Positions 60,131 through 64,000 of a stretch of 64,000 nt of DNA are shown in pieces. The position numbers and the translations under genes were made by a program. Numbering within the stretch: the stretch's first letter is position 1; each line of letters opens with the position of its first letter. A model generated the notes under the pieces. That model worked only from the letters and a program-made list of their open reading frames with translations. It ran no database searches and had not been told where the DNA came from. Origin of the DNA: a virus (Duplodnaviria; Caudoviricetes); the IMG/VR virus record IMGVR_UViG_3300032296_004087, positions 1 to 64,000 of that record; one strand, written 5' to 3'.

Positions 60131-60748
60131 ATGGACTTTGACAAGATGAATAGGATACTCGATATGTTTATGAGGAGCATGTATGGTGTGGATGCCTATT
60201 TGACCCCTATTAGGAGTTTTCCTCCGATAGTTTATAGGGCAAACATCTTATTTTTTCCGTCCAAGTTTTTAAAAGGGAGTTCAGAGTATTCTGAAAAATA
60301 TTATAAATTTTTCAACAGAGATGAGAAGGAAATCGAAGATGATATTTTCAGAGCGTTTAAGTATTTGGGTGTCAATTCTGGAAATATTGATAGGGGTTCG
60401 ACATTAATACATATTTCTTCAGATATCCCTGAATATCTTAAAAACTATCAGAGGGAGTTGATAGTTCACATCAATGATTTTATCGAATCTGATACAATTA
60501 AAGATTATCGGTTATCCGAGGCAGTTTCTAATTTCAGGGTGGATAGTATTGACCCTGTGGTCGTTCTCACTGGTAGGGGAGATAGTCCATATATTAATTT
60601 TAAAATAATCTACGATTCGAAGAGTTTTTATAATTTGGCATCATTACTCAATAGTTGGGAAGTTAGAAATCCTTTGATGGATTATTTAAAAACAAAAATG
60701 AAGGTTGACCCACAAATTGATTTTTGGTTTGATGGTCGAGGAAGATAA
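60131..60748 (+). CDS. hypothetical protein
   Basis: 205 aa ORF. Confidence 0.7.
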   Translation: MDFDKMNRILDMFMRSMYGVDAYLTPIRSFPPIVYRANILFFPSKFLKGSSEYSEKYYKFFNRDEKEIEDDIFRAFKYLGVNSGNIDRGSTLIHISSDIPEYLKNYQRELIVHINDFIESDTIKDYRLSEAVSNFRVDSIDPVVVLTGRGDSPYINFKIIYDSKSFYNLASLLNSWEVRNPLMDYLKTKMKVDPQIDFWFDGRGR

Positions 60749-60773
60749 TGTAATTTTCACCCCCCCTTTTTAT

Positions 60774-61415
60774 ATGGACAATAAATACTTAGAACTACTT
60801 GAGGACCAATATGGGTTTATTATGCCAAACCTTTTGTTGGATAAGATTGACAATGTTGAATTAAGGGAAGTTTCTAACGGATTAAGGTTGTTTGTTGATA
60901 ATCAATCTTGGATGGGTATTAATTTAAAAGACTACCGTGAGGTGTATCAGTTTTTTTCCCATTATTTTTTGGCTGAGGGTAATGTCTTGTGCTCGGGTAT
61001 GGGACTTCTCATTCGTGAATCTTGGTTGTTATCGAAGGGTATTAACATTACTTTGGTTGAGGTTAATGATTCCATCATCGAATACCATAGAAAATATAAC
61101 TCCCCCCTTTTGGATTCGCTCACTTTAATTCATGGGGATATTCATAATCACCATGGGAGATACGATGTTGTTTTATTGGACCATTATGAGCATGAGAAAG
61201 AAGAGTGGATTATTGAAGATGTTAAGATGGTGATGAATAATATTGACTGTGATGTGGTATGGTTTTGGCCCTTAGAGAGGATATGTCATAATAATGGGGG
61301 GTGGGATTTTTACTGTAACTTAAGGAAGGAAATTCCTAAGTTACCTGATTTAAACAAGGAAGTTTTTGATTTATTCGTAAAATATTATTTCGTTGAATTA
61401 GAAAATTTGAAATGA
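60774..61415 (+). CDS. class I SAM-dependent methyltransferase-like protein
   Basis: VLCSGMG...ITLVE...IHGDI...YDVVLLDH. Confidence 0.65.
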   Translation: MDNKYLELLEDQYGFIMPNLLLDKIDNVELREVSNGLRLFVDNQSWMGINLKDYREVYQFFSHYFLAEGNVLCSGMGLLIRESWLLSKGINITLVEVNDSIIEYHRKYNSPLLDSLTLIHGDIHNHHGRYDVVLLDHYEHEKEEWIIEDVKMVMNNIDCDVVWFWPLERICHNNGGWDFYCNLRKEIPKLPDLNKEVFDLFVKYYFVELENLK

Positions 61416-61476
61416 ATTTAATGTTGTTTTTTTTACCCCCCTTTTTATAGTGGGGGTTTTTTGTTATAATTGTTTT

Positions 61477-62019
61477 ATGAAAACATTTCTTGAAATTGGT
61501 TCTTGTGATTTCGATACATTGGAATACTTGGCTGATTTGGGATGGAATGGTGTTATGATTGAACCCATCCCCAAATATTATAATCGGTTAAGGGGGGGGA
61601 ATCCTCGTTCTAATATTCATTATCTAAATGTTGCGGTTGATTGGACCGAGGGTGAGCGGGTTATGTATATGGCATCTAAGGAAAAAGTTAGTGAAATTGG
61701 TTATACATCAGGGATGTCTTCATTTTTTCCTAACCCTGAGGTTTTATCCGAAGAGGTTATTGTTAAGACATTAACCATTGAAAGGATTTTTGAGATATGT
61801 GGAGTAGAACATGTTGATTTCTTGAAAATAGATACTGAAGGGTACGACGCTGAGATTGTTAAGATGTTTCCTTTTGAGAGATGTAAACCTGACTTTGTTA
61901 AAGTTGAGAAGGAACATCTATCACATAAGGATTTGAATGACACCATTTCTCGTTTGTCGAGCAACGGATATCATTGTGAATGGACCGAAAGGGATATTTT
62001 TGCTTTTCGGGTGATGTAA
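61477..62019 (+). CDS. FkbM family methyltransferase
   Basis: FLEIGS, GWNGVMIEP, VDFLKIDTEGYD. Confidence 0.9.
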   Translation: MKTFLEIGSCDFDTLEYLADLGWNGVMIEPIPKYYNRLRGGNPRSNIHYLNVAVDWTEGERVMYMASKEKVSEIGYTSGMSSFFPNPEVLSEEVIVKTLTIERIFEICGVEHVDFLKIDTEGYDAEIVKMFPFERCKPDFVKVEKEHLSHKDLNDTISRLSSNGYHCEWTERDIFAFRVM

Positions 62020-62036
62020 ATGGTATTTATTGACAT

Positions 62037-62354
62037 ATGAAATACAAAATTTCAGAGAGTCAGTTTTTTAATATGTTTCTTCGTCGTAGGTTGGAGACAT
62101 TTGGAAAATATGTTAGTTCGACATATAATTGGTTGGACGCTAAAGGGTATGATAATTATGATGATTTTTTCACAAGGGTTGTCTTCAGTAGTGTAAGGGA
62201 TTTCTTATCTGAGGAAGGGAATTTAGATTACGATACTTACCTTAAACTCATGGACCAAGTATTACCTTTTATGGAAAAATATGTCGAAAAAGAATATGGT
62301 GATGAAATCCGTAAGCATTTCTATAATGAAAATCGAGTTTTTCCATTTAATTAA
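62037..62354 (+). CDS. hypothetical protein with MKYKISESQF leader
   Basis: After TATTTAT. Confidence 0.7.
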   Translation: MKYKISESQFFNMFLRRRLETFGKYVSSTYNWLDAKGYDNYDDFFTRVVFSSVRDFLSEEGNLDYDTYLKLMDQVLPFMEKYVEKEYGDEIRKHFYNENRVFPFN

Positions 62355-62428
62355 ATAAGGTGGGTTGATTAAATTTAAACCAAACATTTAGTTATTTTAT
62401 AATTCACTGTGATTTTATATTTATCTAC

Positions 62429-62794
62429 ATGAAAAAGACTTACTTGGTTACTCGGGAGCAATTAGATAGAATCGTTACGAAATATTTGGATGGTATGATG
62501 AAAGGTGGTAGAGTTGTCGAATCAAACCCTTACGATTATTTAAAGACCATCGAGTTTATTAATGCTGACGATGAGGTTATGTTAACTCTTTTACAATACA
62601 ATTTAGAGGACGAGGAGTCAGATAGTGTTTTTTTTGATGAAACCGCAAAATTATCTATATCTGAGAAATTGGTTTCATTCTTTATCAGAAACTTGGGAAT
62701 CAGAGAATACAAAGTGGTTGATTTAATTAGTGATTGGTTTGAGAACACCTATGACTATGACTTTGATGAGATAGAGGTGTTACCGAAAATATAA
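62429..62794 (+). CDS. hypothetical protein with YLVTREQL leader
   Basis: After TATTTAT. Confidence 0.7.
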   Translation: MKKTYLVTREQLDRIVTKYLDGMMKGGRVVESNPYDYLKTIEFINADDEVMLTLLQYNLEDEESDSVFFDETAKLSISEKLVSFFIRNLGIREYKVVDLISDWFENTYDYDFDEIEVLPKI

Positions 62795-62995
62795 TTAGTT
62801 TTTTTTCATACGCCGGAAACGGTTCCGACTCCCCCTACCCCCTCTTTTTTTCGGTTGTACCGCGGTTTCCGACCTTCGGTCGGTGTTACACCTCTGACGC
62901 CGGTAACCCGAACCCCTTCGGGGTTATTGTCCCTTATTTAATAACTTATAATGAAAGGGTCTCTCAGATAAAGGGGTCGTGATATTTATTTGTAT

Positions 62996-63535
62996 ATGAA
63001 CCTGCAAGAGAACATTATTAGAATCAAACAAGTGATGGGTTTGAATGAGCAATACCCAGAAGGGATTGACCCTAAAGATTTGGAAGCCCAAGAAGTTCCC
63101 ATCGATAATGTGGAACCCGAGGAAACCCCCAATCAGGAGGAACCAAAGAATTCTGATGATTTTTCAAATAGTGTGGTTCCACAGATTGTTTGGAGAGCTG
63201 GACGAGTTGGTAGCAGTCCCAAAGGTGGTGGTATATGGTTTGGTGAAACAAAAAAAGATGTTGAAAACTTTGCCTGGTCCGTTAGGGATGAAAGAAGGGA
63301 AGGTTTGCCATACTATATCAACCTTCAAAACCCAAGGTATTATAAAAACTTCTGGAATGATTATTTGATTAAAGCTAAAGGAGCTGGACGAGATGTTCTT
63401 ATGAATGCTTTAATGAATGCTGGTTATGATGGTATTATCATTGATACTGATACTTGGAACGATACTGCAGATGAGTATGCCGTTACCTCAAAGCAATTTA
63501 TTGTATTTGACCCCAAAAATGTGAAACCAGCATGA
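62996..63535 (+). CDS. ADP-ribosyltransferase-like protein (ART-PolyVal type) with LQENIIRIKQVMG leader
   Basis: VWRAG...GIWFG...YINLQNP...GYDGIII...QFIVFDPKNVK. Confidence 0.6.
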   Translation: MNLQENIIRIKQVMGLNEQYPEGIDPKDLEAQEVPIDNVEPEETPNQEEPKNSDDFSNSVVPQIVWRAGRVGSSPKGGGIWFGETKKDVENFAWSVRDERREGLPYYINLQNPRYYKNFWNDYLIKAKGAGRDVLMNALMNAGYDGIIIDTDTWNDTADEYAVTSKQFIVFDPKNVKPA

Positions 63536-63537
63536 AA

Positions 63538-64000
63538 ATGAACCTGCAAGAGAACATTATTAGGATTAAGGAAGTAATGGGGATTCTTATCGAAACAAGG
63601 GAAGGTCTTTTGAATTATTTGAGACGACAACTCCCAAATTTTCCTGATTATGTAATAAAAGATTGGGTCTATAAATTTAATAAAGAAGGGTCTGCTGAAG
63701 GTATTCAAGATTGGATTGATAGTCAACTTAAAGACATGGAATGGGAATTACAAAAAGATTTCCCAATATCAATGAATATATTTACCGATAAAACAAAAAA
63801 AGAGTTAAAAAGTAGGATTAGGGGTAAAATAAGACAAGATGTTGGTAAAGATATCGAAAGACACGAAATACAAAAATCATTATTAAAAAGTAAGGGGATT
63901 TCCGAAGAACCAATTATTTTATTTAAAACCAAAGATGGTAAATATGAATTAGGTGAAGGGTGGCATAGAACAACACAAACATTTATTGAATTCCCTGACG
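63538..64000 (+). CDS. ParB-like protein with LQENIIRIKEVMG leader; runs off window end
   Basis: Hand-translated; EEPIILF...YELGEGWHR. Confidence 0.6.
   Translation, partial: MNLQENIIRIKEVMGILIETREGLLNYLRRQLPNFPDYVIKDWVYKFNKEGSAEGIQDWIDSQLKDMEWELQKDFPISMNIFTDKTKKELKSRIRGKIRQDVGKDIERHEIQKSLLKSKGISEEPIILFKTKDGKYELGEGWHRTTQTFIEFPD

Noticed and set aside
1-64000. Stop-codon reassignment
   Set aside because: Conserved enzymes are full length under code 11, and TAA, TAG and TGA all end genes
1-64000. Bacterial chromosome or eukaryotic giant virus origin
   Set aside because: No housekeeping operons; S74 tail fibre, Rnl1, bacterial promoters, terminators and lipoboxes favour a phage. Capsid and terminase genes are not in this window, so this remains an inference

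Overview
This AT-rich, densely coding 64 kb window looks like part of a large (jumbo-type) tailed phage infecting Bacteroidota. The host call rests on about ten TTTG-N19-21-TAnnTTTG sigmaA promoters and a T9SS-sorted protein. Standard code 11 fits; there is no CRISPR, rRNA or transposase. Recognisable content: the end of a collagen-like tail fibre with an S74 chaperone; metabolic genes (glutamine synthetase II, cysteine synthase, dCMP deaminase, glf, BKACE, cyclophilin, YceI); an RNA-repair cluster; UmuDC-like genes; two SPPY DNA methyltransferases (one next to a putative REase); a GmrSD-like protein; glycosyltransferases; an initiator-type tRNA-Met. The most striking items are: (1) about 20 unrelated genes share short N-terminal leaders (MKIVISESQ.., LxEEIxRIKxVMG), mostly behind a TATTTAT motif, suggesting a capsid-packaged cargo system; (2) five leader-bearing 20-aa LRR paralogues with hypervariable faces; (3) a cohesin/dockerin/T9SS plus CsgG-like plus beta-barrel surface operon; (4) a ~740 nt ornate GOLLD-like ncRNA; (5) a coiled-coil gene followed by a stem-closed RNA with ~10-nt periodic UCAA motifs; (6) a GH7-like lipoprotein. 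All family calls come from motif recognition by eye; no database searches were run.
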